NCBI GenBank assembly: GCA_951406725.2
Contig: OX597831.1
Location: 53,940,001-54,004,000, forward strand
Length of the DNA stretch: 64,000 bases
Reading direction: 5' to 3'
Origin: Octopus vulgaris
Taxonomy: Eukaryota
Part shown: piece by piece, positions 25,500 to 39,930 of the stretch
Numbering within the stretch: position 1 is the first letter of the stretch
How the letters are laid out: every line of letters begins with the position of its first letter
Translations under genes and position numbers: made by a program
Notes under the pieces: model-generated
Seen by the model: the letters and a program-made list of their open reading frames with translations, nothing else
Told to the model about the DNA's origin: nothing
The model's database searches: none

Positions 25500-26390
25500 A
25501 TGAAATAGCCATTCACTTGCTTTGTAGACAATCTGTTGCCTGCTTCAGCATCACTGCCACCTGCTTTTAGGTGCCTTTAATAAAGTATATTCTGCTGCCA
25601 TCTTTCATACCATCTCCAATTTAAGGATACCTTCTTTCAATCTCCCATCAATTTCACTGGCTTCATAATGTGTTATGGGCACTGCCTTTCCTCCCAGTAA
25701 AAATATATAAAAACACCCACTTACAACCTACATAACCTGTGCCAAACATACACCACCTTCCATGTACAGAAGAGACCTTGAAAATTTCATTCAGGAAATG
25801 CTAATCTAGTTTCCTTCAACAACACCATGATGCAATCATTTCACAATTCAAAGAAACAATGTTACAGTACCATGCATTCTGCACTCTTGAACAGTACACA
25901 GTTAAATATTCACTGTGATTATAAATGGTAAGCTTTAAAATCTCCAGTCACACATCTGTAACATTGTGAAAACTGTATCCCAAAAGTTCAGACTTTCTCT
26001 TCAAGGCCATAAAATGCTTTCATCAAGTATCTACAAAGTGCAAATGCTAACCATATTAGAGTACTATTTACATATTTAATATGCTGCTATTTGTGCACAG
26101 ACAAGTATATTAGGCTACATTAAGAAAAACAACAACAATACCAAAGACTTCTATGTAGTCCACAAATGCTCTTTCTTCTCGCTATCTCTTTCACGATTTC
26201 TATAGTGGCTTCTGCACACTGCCTCTAACAAAGTACTCCCAGTGCATACCCCTCTTCTCTCTTTGACATCTCTACTCTGTGTTTCTCCTTAAATTCTGCA
26301 CTGAACATTATATTACTCAGAATTTCAGATGTCTGGAACACCTTTCTTGCTCATAATTTCCCTACATTAACATAGGCAACCTAAAAACCA
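25500..26390 (+). mobile_element. Decayed LINE ORF2 3' region (Jockey/CR1-type)
   Basis: SHICNIVKTVSQK..FLFKA, IYKVQMLTILEYYLHI (LYKAQIRP.LEYCSHIW-like) and LSLFHDFYSGFC relics. Confidence 0.7.
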
Positions 26391-28514
26391 CTCACTAATT
26401 TGAGAGTGTCTGCAAAGGTCATGAGTTCTAACTTGATGATGATGATGGTAATAATAATAATAATAAAACTTTACAAAGATTGGTACTTACCATAATAGTT
26501 AGTATTTGTTATTTCCTTTGCCACTTGTTGCAAAAGTCATTCACTGATTTACAAATTTTCTGCTTTTGCAGCAGAGGGAGAAGCAGACAGATAGAACTAG
26601 GCACAGAAGATTACTGCCATTATTATTACCAGTACCAGCACCACTATTTAGGAATAAAAATGTCAATGATTTTAGCATTTTATTTGTTTTTTGTTTAGAA
26701 TAGAAAATTTTTTTGTAGGTTTACTTTTTGGAATTTGGTATTGATCCAAGAACAAAGAATGCGGTTTTTGAAACTTTTAAGTATTAGAAATGATAAGAAC
26801 TATAGTATATAAAAATCTTAATTCTAAAGTTTGATCCCTTTTATATTTTCCCCTTTTCTTATTTCTTTTCTTATTACATACTCTTTTCTCTTTCCTTTTA
26901 TAGATCAGATGGCTTTTTGTGAGAGTAGTTGTTTTTATCTGAATGCTAACTAATCAGGTGTAAAAAAGAAGTGGCACTGTCACTTAGGCAAACTGGAACA
27001 AACAAAGCTATAGCACAATGGGTCTATTAAGACTGAAATTTATGATCCTGTGGTCACAGCCATTCCCTCTCACATTGTGAGCTAAAGGAAATAGCTCAAA
27101 TGATTCAGTGGCAGGAATTTAGATAAGTTATGAGATGATGTACTGAAAGTGAGAAATATTAATTCTCAAAGAAAAGGAGAGATAATCATAAGAATCAATT
27201 TCTCAAAATTACTTTGCATTCAGCAAACAACAGCTATTGATATGTTTCAGTCTGTTAGAACTCATCAGCATAATATGTCTACTCAAACCTAGTAATCAGG
27301 CCAATTTTAATATTTTTAAGAGAAAAATCATTTAAATTGATAAAAATCAAGCATAAAAATTTAGAACAGTTTTCATTAATCAAATCACTTATTTCAACAG
27401 CTCTTACTCTCTGGTGTGCTATCAACTTTGGTTTAGTATTTTTGTATGAATTTCTAAATGCCCTGTTAATTCAGATATCTCATGGGCAGTTCTCATTTTG
27501 CCCCCCACATAATAGTTTCTTTTCTAGCTACACTTAACTGTCTTGATAATTTGTGGTTATACATCACACACACATGCACAGCATTTTGATATTGTATACT
27601 CAAAACTGTTTAACCAATTTAATATCCACCAGTTTGAAAGAGCATGTTTTACAGTATTGATCATTTAAGACTTCCATCATCATTTAATGAAGAAACTTTT
27701 ATAATTTTTCTTACACTGGCTATTTTACTAAATGCAAGCAAATACTTATTTCCAAGGTCTATATATAAATACACTAAGTCCAAATGTCACATAGTTAGTT
27801 GGAGGGAAAGGCAAAGAGGAAGAAAGAAAACATGAGGTAGGAGGAAAGTAATAGTTATTATGCTAAGACTGTATGATACTGTCACATGGTTAGTTCAAGG
27901 GAGTGCGAGAAGAGAGAGAGAAGAATGTTAATACTGAGTGGCAAGGGAAAGGTATTACTGATATGTTGTGTGATTAATTACTTGAAGAATGCGGTAGAAA
28001 TTAGAAAGAGAGATATATAAACATATCAAATACAGGGGCATGTGGTATAGTTGAAGTGAGAGGCAAAGACACAGTGAGTGAGTGAGTAGTGTTGACTGAG
28101 AGGAATGCAGGAGTGAAAAGCAGTTATGCAACACTAAACATTGTATAATAGAATATTTTGACAAACAATAAAAAAAGTTTAGTTATTGTTAAATGTTTCA
28201 ATGTACAACTGTTTCTATATTTTCAATGCATCAATGTATATATATATAGGATAGATAAACTCATTGATGGATAGAAGATAGAAAGATGGATGGCTAGAGT
28301 TATTGACTCCCAGTTAAAGTGGAATAACCTGAGCAAATAGCTGTGGATCTTACCTTTACCTTTTTATGTATAGTAGCTCAAAGGCTGGGGCCATGCTGGG
28401 GTACTGCAATTATTTAGGTTTCTTTAACTTTTGAGTTATTTGGTTTAAATGTTTATCCATATTGTTAGAGTAGACACATACATACGTCAACAGAAATGTA
28501 AGTAGAACATGATA

Positions 28515-28542
28515 GACAGATAGATAGATAGATAGATAGATA
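28515..28542. repeat. (GATA)n microsatellite
   Basis: Direct reading. Confidence 0.9.
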
Positions 28543-31500
28543 AATTAGGTAGATAGATTGCCTCTTTGATACTGCTTATATAGATTTTTACATCTTCTCA
28601 AGAATCAAATGCTTCAGAAAAATGTACAATTTCATCATACAATTTTCAAAATAACCATGGAATTTCCATAGTTACTGCTAGTTTATATACAAATGTATTT
28701 GATTAAACTTATGGTTATGCAAGTGTTAAATGTATATTATTACTTTACAAGTAACACAAACATCCTTGTACTTTTTATATACTACATGAAACTAAAAGCA
28801 TTGCACCTTTGATCTACTTAGGTTTATTAATCTCTGTTGACCTCATGGAGACACCATGCTTTTATGTTACATAAAAGGCTTCTTAAGGGTTCCTAGATAT
28901 TTCATCCTTGAAGTGATGTTAACCTTTTCACAAAGCACATATATGTCCTGCTCTTAAAAAATGCTTTACATATCTGGAATATATTTACTCATCTCTAGGA
29001 AAATGAAACCAGTAAGTTATGAATACTACTATGGTACATTAAAAAAAAACCCCGACTATTCTGATACAGGCCTAATGTAACCATTTCTAATGACTTTTGG
29101 AAAGCCCACATACTCAACATAGTTAAAAGTGCTTTAATGATACTTGTTTTCTTGTATTATTGAGATGTTACTCATTACTAACCTTATATTAGATCTAGAT
29201 TGTTTTTGCTCATGAGTATGACTACTATATTTGGAAAATGGCACATTTTTGTTCCAAAATATATTCATGAAAAACTATTTAATCAGTAGTTTCTGATGGG
29301 TTGAGTCTCTATCAACATAATGCAGTTGAGGTAAATGCTTACATTTGAAATAACACAGTACTTGAAAATATTTGAAGTTAGACATTTTTTGTGAGTTTTT
29401 TTTTTCGTATCAAAAACATCTAATGGAGAAATTTCTAGCATTTAGAATTAAGCTTTTTATATCTGGAAAGACATTTAAATAAATAAATAAATAAATAAAT
29501 ATAATTAAGAGCTGATACAGAAAGCTTTCATTCTTATTATGAAATTGCAAAATATACGCTCATTGCCTGTGTGTTGAATGGCAATAAGGCTTCGTGTATA
29601 CAGCTGCAAAATAATTGTTTCATATTAATGATGATGGTGAAGAATAAAATGTGGCAATGTTGGGTTCTCTTTCATTTGAAAAATAATTTTTTTCATATAC
29701 TTCCTAGTGTCATAAATATTGTATAAAGGATAGCTGGTTGATAAGTGCAAACATTTTGTGCTAATAATTATCTATGGTAATGGGATAAACAAAGCTTGGA
29801 AATATTAATAATAGGAATCTCCGGTGGCACACAACTTTCAAAGAAAGATTATTGATTATTTTTAGCTAATTTTTAAGGCTTATTACCTTAGGATAAGCCA
29901 TAATCTAAACTCTTTGGTTTAAGAGCTAGGATGCTGCTAGTTGCTTTAACAACTGTTATTCTACATAAGAGTTCAGAATTCTTGCATACCAGTTTTAATT
30001 GACCAACCATTATTTTAGAAACATTACTTGGCAATCTGTTAAGATGGAGAATTTAATTATTCCTTTGACTGAGAAATACAGATTGAATGCCAATCCTATC
30101 TAAGAGGTTTTTTTTTTATGATTGCATTCTTCCTAGTTACTCTTTCTTACTCCTTTTTATTGTCTTCATACTCTTTCCTTGCAATGGTGGTGCAACTGAA
30201 ACTGCTGTATATTAGTGCATGGTTCATAGAAGGTCATGTTGTTAATGATGATGAACGACAAGATCAAATTGTTTAGCCAATGATGTAATTACATCATCCT
30301 CTTAAGCCAGTTTGACCCTTTGAAATGTGACATGACTACTTGAAAAATCTTTTTAGTTGAAATTAAATTATGATTGATTATTGATTGAAATATAGTGTCT
30401 TCACAACAGATTCACTGAAGAGATACATTTAAGCTAAAATTCATATTTAAAACAAAGTTTATTGATTTAAGTTTTCTTTAAGTATTTTCTTCTTAACCAA
30501 TTGATTAACTAAACAGTTTTGAAATAGTTTTAAATTTAAACACTTGTGTAATTTTTCTGCTTTTGTTTTTTCTTAATTCGACAAATGTTATGTTTTAAAT
30601 AAAAGAATTAAAATAATTGAATATTAGTGGTTTTGGTTGGAATTCTAGAGCTATATTACAAGAACTATCACTTTCTCTCTCTCTCTTTTTGTCTATCTGT
30701 TTGTCTCTCTCCTTATGTTTTCTATCGCTCCATATGATTTTTCTCTTTCAGAAAAGCAATGGGAGTATGATTGGCTTGGGATAGCTGCCTGATGGGATTA
30801 TGCCACTTTATGATCTTTATGTAAAATATGATTTCTTATTGTGACAGCTACTTTTTTCATTCATTTGTTATATAGAATTTGTATTCCCCCTCACCAGTTT
30901 TCACCATATGTTACATTCAGCCTGGATAAAACTAGAATCCGTGTAGAAAAATGTATATCAGCTTTCTTTTTATATAGTTTTTTTTTTATTGTTAAGTATA
31001 ATGAAAACTGATACTTTTATGAAATTAGTATTGACTGTATTATCTGATTGCGATTACTGATGGATGTACTAAATGTATTTCATGATGATGGATAGATGAA
31101 GAGAATTGTTTCTTGTACTTTATTTTGATGAGATATTTGTTGCAAAGTGAAATTATTAATATTCCTAATGCTAAAATACTTTTTATCTGAAATATATCAG
31201 TCTCCAAATAACCCCTTTTTACCAATAAATCAATCAGATATAGTTTACTTCATCAAAAAGTTCTGTAATTCCTAAACTTGATTGTAAGTCTAGTCATGCT
31301 TCTAATCAATGCTAGCAAAATGCTATCTTTTATAGAAAACTTTTAAAGCTGTTAATCAGATTACATGCAGACCAATATATGTTTGAATTTTTATTCATAA
31401 AATGTAAAAAAAGAACAAGCATGTTGGATTTATGATTTTAGAGGGAAAGGCATGTTAGAATTCCATTAAAAACAAAAAAAAAAGCCTCCCTTGAAATCTC

Positions 31501-32124
31501 TTGACTAAGCTTTTTTTGTTAGATTTAGTTATTCAATAGATGAATTATTTTGAGTCAATTCTGTAAGCGATACCAACATTTTTGTTTTAATGCTGACATT
31601 AGTTTTAAAAATCTTTCCTTAAAATCAATATAATTTTAAATTTAGAATATATTTATAAAATCTTTTTATTTGTACAGATGCATAAATTTGATGAGTTAAT
31701 TTGAAGGGAAATTTTTAATGCCTTTTTTCACATGATCATAATCATAGAACCTGTTCATATTTGCTGTCTATTATTTATACATAATTAAAATAGCTTCCTC
31801 TGGACTTATTTTTAAAATTATAAAAGATCTATATTTTTTAAAATGAAATTTCCACTTTCAGTTAAATGAATTTCCCATAGGAGTACAAGTTCTTCATAGG
31901 AAAAAATGCTTATTGATTTATTTTTGATGTCTTATAGGAAAAAGATGAACACAAATGCATTATATATACTTCTATGTAATACTACCTCCAGAAGAAAGAA
32001 CTCAATACATATGTAGAGTATGTGTGTGTGCATATATATATATATATGTGTGTGTTTATACACACACATGCACACATTGGGGGAAACTGAAAGTACAATT
32101 CCTCACAGTGACTGACTAATTCTA

Positions 32125-32760
32125 TCTTACCAGATCTCCTCACCACTATCCACACTGCCCTTGCCAGAGCACGTTCCGTAGACTGTGCATCTGTTCTCTT
32201 CCCCTGCACCCGCCCTGCTGTCACCTCTCTCCTGTTTCCCCTCACCTACCAGCCCACCACCCTACCTCTCCAACGCACCATTCTCCGAGCCTTCCGGTGA
32301 CTCCAGTCTGACCCCTCCACTTCATGCATCTTCCCTAACTGACCCCGCCCCCTCCTTCAAACAGCTTCTTCCCTAACCCAACCTCCCAACCAGGCTTTTT
32401 CCCCTGCTTCCACCCACGATCCCGCACTTGCCCTTACCTCTCCAATACCACCCTCCTCACAGGCACCCATCATCGACCCTATATCATTGACTCCATCTGC
32501 ACTCCTAGCAACATCATCTACTGCATCTCCTGCTCTCTCTGCCCGTCTCTATACGTCGGTCAAACAGGGCGCCACTTGGCTGACCAGTTTGCGGAACACC
32601 ACCGAGGCATCTGACTTGGCAACGACACTCCAGTACCTTTTTCTCTTTTCCCTCCCTATTTATTTCTGTGTTCCTTTCTGTCAAAGAGCGTAGGCTCGAA
32701 ATATAAAAGACTTTCTCACATCCTGAGCGTTAAACTAATACACATCTTTGTCTTTTGTTC
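32125..32760 (+). mobile_element. Penelope-like retroelement fragment (RT C-terminus, Cys linker, GIY-YIG endonuclease) with terminal hammerhead-like motif
   Basis: Translation gives PLTYQPTTLPLQRTILRAFR*LQSDPSTSCIFP, PC..PR.RTCPYL and CTPSNIIYCISCSLCPSLYVGQTGRHLADQFAEH. The motif GAGC-GTAG-GCTC-GAAA is at 32686-32701. Confidence 0.88.
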
Positions 32761-32773
32761 TTTTTTTGTAAAT

Positions 32774-33276
<503 letters not shown>

Positions 33277-35434
33277 GTAATGAAAGCATAATACTAGGTT
33301 TTCAATATGGTTGAGTTCATCCAGCAGGTTCAGGACCTAATTAACAATAGTTAACAATAGCAGCAGTTCAAAGAGGGTTGTTTCTGAGCAACTCAAAGTA
33401 GCTGACATCCACTGTCAGATGTGTGCTGTATGAAACCCTCAGCTCTGGGGAGAGTGCAGTTTATGTCTAGCAAAGCCCAACAGGAAAGCCATGCAATCAT
33501 GTGACCTCCTTGCTTGTTTGATTTGAACCCCCAGGACTGCTACAACTGTGGCACTGTTGGGAAGCAGGGAAAGCTGTTCAGCTCTCATACAGTCCAAGGA
33601 AATATTGGGGCTAATGATGTGAGTGGTGGTGGGCAGCTGATCCTGATGTGAAATTTCAGAAGTGACTACATTGAAACCTTCATGGGGCTGAGGTGGTTTT
33701 GTGTGCAGATTTTCTAGGAAATTGTTTTTCCTGCTTGGTGTCTCATTTTTCCACTTTATTTTGTCTCCTCCCACAAATATCCAACATACCCTGTTTTTCC
33801 ATTTTCAGAACACTTGCTATGGTTTTTGCTGTTTTACACCTAATAAGAAAGAGAACAAATGACAATCATCATTATCATTTAACATTTGCTTTCCATGCTG
33901 GCATGGGTTGGCTGTTAGACAGGGTCCAATGAATCAGAGAACTGCGTTGTTCTCCTATATTGTTTCTACAGTTGGATGCCCTTCCTAATGCCTACCACTA
34001 GATGAACTGTACGGGGTGCTTTTTTTGTGACACTAAACACTTGTGAGGCCTCTGTGCAAGTTTGTAGTCCTAACCTAATAGCGACAATCTCAATAAGTTG
34101 TTTAGACTCAAGTCAGCTCTGAGCTGATCTGGGTCTATTAGTGGCACCTGTGACCTTCCCATTTGATTTATCTATAACTGCATTATGCAATGTTTTGTTA
34201 TTTTCAAGACAGTGTGTGTGATTTAACAAAGATTTAACTACTATCTCTAGCAGGTCGAATGACCATACAAGTGCTTCGTGCTTGGTTTCTCTTCAGAATC
34301 TGTTATCTTTAAATATAGGTCATATTTGCTCTTCTATTATTTTATCCTACATTCTGCATAATTCAGTGTAGTGATATTCTTTGCTTGGGATAGTGTGTCA
34401 GAGAAAGACATATGCAAGAGAAATATTTTGTTGCCAATTGTAATTTTTAAAAAAATTACTTCATTAACATAACATTAACATAAATTGAATCTTGTAAAAC
34501 CTATTTAATTAATATTATAGCTAACTTCCAATATATAAATACTTTTTCTATTTTTCCTGAGCACTTTTCATGTATAATTTTTTTTTTTTTTTGACATTGG
34601 AATTGGTAGAAATCTAAATGAAATAGGATACTATGAATTTTTTTTGTACTTTTTGACTTGCTTTCCATATTTTAATATTTGTTCATGTTTTTAATTACCG
34701 TTTAAATATTTTATTCTATGTTTTTCAATTTCTGCTCTATAGTTGTAAAAATATTTGTTTATATTCATATGTTAATTTATCTGAGCTGTTCATTATCTTA
34801 GATCAATGTTTTCTTATTGTACATTGGTTGTTCAATGTATTTATCAGCTTATTAAGTTATATTATGCCAAGTAATATCAGTCTTTTTCTATAACTTAAGC
34901 TTCATTACTTATTGATCACATTTGTTGATTTACTTCACTGTACAATACTGCACAATAGAAAGGAAGGGATTATTCTTACATTTTGTTCTATTTCTCAGAT
35001 TTTTTTCACCAAGAAATTCTATTTTTGGACTATTTTTCCAATTCTTCTGAGATGATCTACCAATACATTTCTGTGCACATGATAAAGATGCATTGTGATG
35101 TTTTTTTCATTTGTCTTAATTTAAAATTGTTGTTGACAGTTTTACCAATATCATAAGAGAGGTTTCACATAGCAATCATAATATACAGTAATAATACATT
35201 TTTCTTTGTTTATTCATATATCATTTACAATTTTCTGATATTCGAAATAAATGAATTTCCATTTCCCTTATGTAAGGAGTTTATTTGATAAAAGTTTAAA
35301 AAAAACTCCAAAAGAAAAACCTACTTGACTTTCAGAGGAAAAAAATTAACTTGATTGTTTTTCATAACTACAGAAAAATAATGAAAAAAAATTGAATAAT
35401 ATTTTTTCAATAATTTTTATGAATTTAATGGGTT

Positions 35435-35830
35435 ACAAAGTTTGCTTTCCAACCACATGCCTCTTTGAGTTCAATCCTACTGATTGGCACCTTGGGAAAG
35501 TGTTTTCTAGTCTGCCCTGGGCTGACTAAAGCCTTGTAAATAGATTTGGAGATGGAAACTGAAAGAAACCCATTGTATATGCCTACCTAATGCATGCATG
35601 CTTGCACGTCTGGTTGTGTCTGCTTGACATTGCATGATAGTTGTAAAATGAGTGTCACTCTCAAAGAAGCAGTGTCATTCATTTCCAATAATCTGTGAAA
35701 ATATGTGGTCATGATGAAATGTTACCTTACTTGGAACCAGATAAGAGTTGGCTGTAGAAAATCTACCTCTGTAAACTCTATCCAGCCCTTGCAAGCATGG
35801 GAAAATAGACATTAAAATGATGACAATGAT
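35435..35830 (+). mobile_element. tRNA-derived SINE with the 3576-type head and a CATGG...GACATTAAAATGATGAC tail
   Basis: The head and core match 3576-3730. The tail matches the 22286-type family. Confidence 0.75.
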
Positions 35831-36869
35831 ATTTAGTTCATTTGAAATTGGTCTTCTCTCTACAGTGATTTTTCTGTAGATAATTCTCATCTAATTCTTG
35901 CAGACTTTTGCCATTGTAACCATATACTTAACTATGTGTGCTATACTGATATCTTAACACTAATTACTATAAGTAGCCTTTGTGGTCCGTTCTATTAAAA
36001 ACAAATGTACGAGCTGTAAAGCTGTTACTTAATGAGTACCATTTGTAAACTCCACTTCAAAGTCACGATCAGTATACTTTGTAATTTATGCTATACAATT
36101 TATTTCCTTTTTCTCTTAAGTGAATAAGGTTGTTGGCAACATGTCATAGAAATCTTAATTAATAAAACCTTGGAATTTGCTACATTAAATATTAATTCTT
36201 CAGTCCTCTCTTGTGCTTAAATCTTTTTCTTCCATTAATTCTGCTTTGGGAATTAGGAAATTTATACTGACAGACTTAGAATGTTTTGTAACTATGCTTT
36301 TAACTATAGAAATGCCGACTGGTGCACAAATTGACTGACCATCCATTCACTCAAACATAAAATTACTGTCTTATTTTGATATATCATTCACAGACAGTAG
36401 TATGATTTCCATTATTTTGTCATATCTACGATATGATTATATTTCTCTGTTTTTACATTTTTTTTTGTACTCTTGGTGAAAATTGATCAAGTAACAAACG
36501 GAATGCCTTAATTTTCCTATTACTACTCTTTATGTTTAAAACCTATCCGTCAACTTCAGAGGTTAATAAAATAGAGTACAAGTCATGTACATGAGTCAAT
36601 ATAATTATTTATACATTACCCTCAACATTTCTGGTCCTGTTAAAATAATTTTCAGTTTCAAAATTTTTCCATTAAGTCTCTTTGAATGTTTATTATTTTT
36701 TGTGAGAAAATAAATACCCTGCTTCCTTAGAATTCATGTGTATTCTGAGAATAAGCTAACATAACTCGTTCCAATTCAGGAGAAAGACTGCTTGACAGTT
36801 AATCACAAATTCCATTCACTTAGCTAAACCAGAACCTGTCACTATATATTGCTTGCACACTTTTCACAT

Positions 36870-37130
36870 CTTTGCTTGGCTTTGCAAGCAAAGATTTGTG
36901 GAGGAGGATGTTCATGTCTGTTGCAGTCTTGCTGGAGTCCAATGAGTCCAATTCAGGACAAACAGGTACAACTGCAGAGACTGCATGGGAAGGTAGGCTA
37001 ATCAGGGCTGGCTACAGTATCCTTGTTTTCCCTCCTTTTTCTCCTGTCCACAAGGATAGTCCTGTGGGTGTCTTCAGAGAAGGCCGTTTCCCATTGGACA
37101 ATAAAGTCACCAGGCTTCACAGTCAGCAGC
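36870..37130 (-). mobile_element. RTE/BovB-type LINE 3' end
   Basis: The minus strand reads RRKRRK...PCSLCSCTCLS*IGLIGLQQDC, matching the C..C.R.C.SRIGL.SH motif at the RTE C-terminus. Confidence 0.7.
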
Positions 37131-37964
37131 AAAAACAGAACTTTGATGATGATCAATATTGCAGGCAACTAGGGAGTTCTTGTACCTCTTCTTTGGTGCT
37201 TCTCTATCATTTTTCACATAGTATATTGTTGCACTATTATAATTAAGATGGCAATAGAAAGGATATCCAATCATAGTAAACATATGAAAATGGAATCTGT
37301 GAGAGATGTGGATTCTGCCTGTTGTGGTAGAAGAAACTCTTGCAAGGAACATCCCAAGTACCAGAGGCATGATAAAATGCTAAATAAACAGCTGATTGGT
37401 TGGTTTTCTTTATTGCAAGATGATGCACATGACTGCTCGTCCAACCCATGTCACAGTAGAAAAACATGGGTAAAAATCAATGTCTACTTCCTCTCTAGAA
37501 ATAGGAATGAATGAATTATTAAGTTCACTTTTCATTAATGGTTTGTACTTGATAATATATTGGCTGATTGGGTGTTAACTGTAGATAAAGAACTTTCAAC
37601 TTATATTAATAGTTGGAGCTAAGGTTATTTAATAATATGCTGTGTCAAAACCTTAGATCTTTTGACTTGCATTAGGTGTAAATATATTCACTGTAAAAGA
37701 AAGGAGAAAAAATGTTAGCACTGGATTTCTCAACTGGTATGTGAAAAACTAAAAAAAATAGGTACTTATGGTACCCTACGGGCTGATTAGATTTACAAAA
37801 CTAATCTATTATTGTCATTTAAAAAAAGAAACAATTTTTTAAAAAGTTCTTAAAGATTTGAAAACTGATGTTTTACTTCTAAAGTAGAAGTAGGGAGAAA
37901 GAAAATTGGTTTTATTATATGAATAATGTAATATATAGATTATATGATATATAATACTGATAAT

Positions 37965-38330
37965 ATTTAAAGGCCTGAAATTTGGAGAAGGATAGTTGAT
38001 TACATTGGCTCCAGTATTTAACTGATACTTCTTTTTTATTGACCTTGCAAGGATTTGAACTCAGAATGTAAAGTGTGGGAACAAATACTGCAATGCATTT
38101 TTCTCATGTGCTAAGGATTCTGCCAGCTTATCATGCTTTTAGTAATTATTTCAGCTCTTGGTCCAAGGCCAGCAATTTTAGGGTGTGAAATTAGACAATT
38201 ACACTATCCCCAATACTTGATTGGTAGCTTTTTTTTTTATTAATCCCGATAGGATGAAAGGAAAAATCAACCTCAGCAAGATTTGAACTCAAAATGTAAA
38301 GAGCCAAAACAAACACTGTGTGCATTATTT
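37965..38330 (-). mobile_element. Two tandem decayed Nin/Deu-domain-type SINE copies
   Basis: The reverse complements match the 50847 element (TTCTGAGTTCAAATC, TTTCATCC, AAGTAC.AG). Confidence 0.65.
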
Positions 38331-39079
38331 ACATTATTTACATTTGATGGTTATTTGTCCTCATCTTGTTTACATTTGCCTGGTGTACTGTTATCAGATG
38401 GGTAGTTATGATGGTTGTATGAGACTTCATATATTTATACCCCAGTGTCACTTTGACAGTATACATTGCTCTCTCACTCAATAATAATAACAGTGATACA
38501 CCTTCTTATAGCATCTATGTTCAATGCTTTTCCTCTTCTTAAATGTTCTTTGCCTGAACATTTTCTGACTTTATATTTTCTCCTGGTATTATATATATTC
38601 TAAATTGTTTTATAAAAAAAGACAAGTATAATAAATGACCAGTGTTGCTAAATTCCAAACCTAGTAATTCTCTCTTGTCTGCACCAATCTTAGCATTTTT
38701 ACTTGAATGTCACAGTAATAATTATTCAAGGAGGTAAACAATAATTTGGAGTAATGAAGGATAATTTGCATTGTATGTTATATAATAGATATTTTGCTAC
38801 TCTTTTAGTCATGAGATTGCAACTATACTATGGCACTCCACCTTCAAGTATTTAGCTATTTATATCAAGATCAGAATTTATTTCAGTTTGGTACTTTATC
38901 AAACTTTATTGGTTAACCCACTAAGTTAACAGGACAACAAATGTATACACACACACACACAGTATATGTATGTATCTGATCTGCACAATGAAATTCTGTG
39001 TGTATACTTTGTAATGACAACTCATTTGAACTGAAATTACATAACTGTATTGCTTTATGAATTCTACATTATTGAATCA

Positions 39080-39520
39080 GTAGTGCTGGACATATATGTC
39101 TTGTAGTTTGCAGTTCTGAGCTTTTATATTCTTATCTCAAATCCTACTTGGATCAGCTATGCTGTTCACCCTTCTTGGGCCAATTCAAATTATTAGCAGT
39201 CAAATTCCATGGTCAATATAATCATTTCTTTCCTTCCCCGCAAGTATAGACATGTGTCTTATGTTAGAAATTATCACTACTAGAAATTATTACTGATTAT
39301 TATTATGACTGGTGAATTCAGTGGAAATGGTAACATGTTGAGGTAAATGCTTCTTGGTATTTAGTTTTATCTTTTTAAATTCTGAGTTTAAATGTTACTG
39401 GGTTTGACTTTGCTTTCCTTTCTTTGGAATAGGGAGATAAATATCATTGAAGTACTGATGTTGATATAAACAACTACAACCCTTTCCTCAATATGTTCCT
39501 GACCTTGTGCCAAAGTTAGA
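39080..39520 (+). mobile_element. Two tandem decayed Nin/Deu-domain-type SINE copies
   Basis: TTCTGAGTTTAAAT...GACTTTGCTTTCC and TGTGCCAAAGTTAGAAA match the 50847 element. Confidence 0.55.
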
Positions 39521-39683
39521 AACTTTTTTCTTTCATTTGCTATACTTTAGTCATCTAAAGCCTTTTGTAACAGAATGTTTCAAGATTCATGTAGATCAAA
39601 ATATGTACAAAGTTATTACCACACTGCTATGCATCACTCACTTCTTGCATATATATATAACCATATATATAGTTGAGGTTAAT

Positions 39684-39930
39684 GTATGACCCAGTGATTA
39701 GGAGCTTTAATTCATGATCATAAGGTCATGAGTTCAGTTCCTAGATCTTGCATCATGTTATGTTCTTGATCAAGGCATTTCATTTCACATTGCTCCAGTT
39801 TGCTCAGCTGTAAATGAGTACCAACTAGGTGCAGGTGCAACTCCCTCTCCAACCAGCTGTTGCACTCTGGATGTGCTGCTGGGGATCAAGAATGAGGGGC
39901 CTGAGAAGGTGTCTGTGTCAGCTAGCATTA
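39684..39930 (+). mobile_element. tRNA-derived SINE with a Meta/V-domain-like core
   Basis: A decayed tRNA-like head is followed by TTCTTGATCAAGGCATTTCATTTCACATTGCTCCAGT...CTCAGCTGTAAATGAGTACC. Confidence 0.6.

Noticed and set aside
30233-30337. C/D snoRNA-like segment (ATGATGA, 8-bp terminal stem, AAGCCAGTT complementary to 28S)
   Set aside because: There is no canonical CTGA D box, and only ~9 nt of complementarity is within chance.
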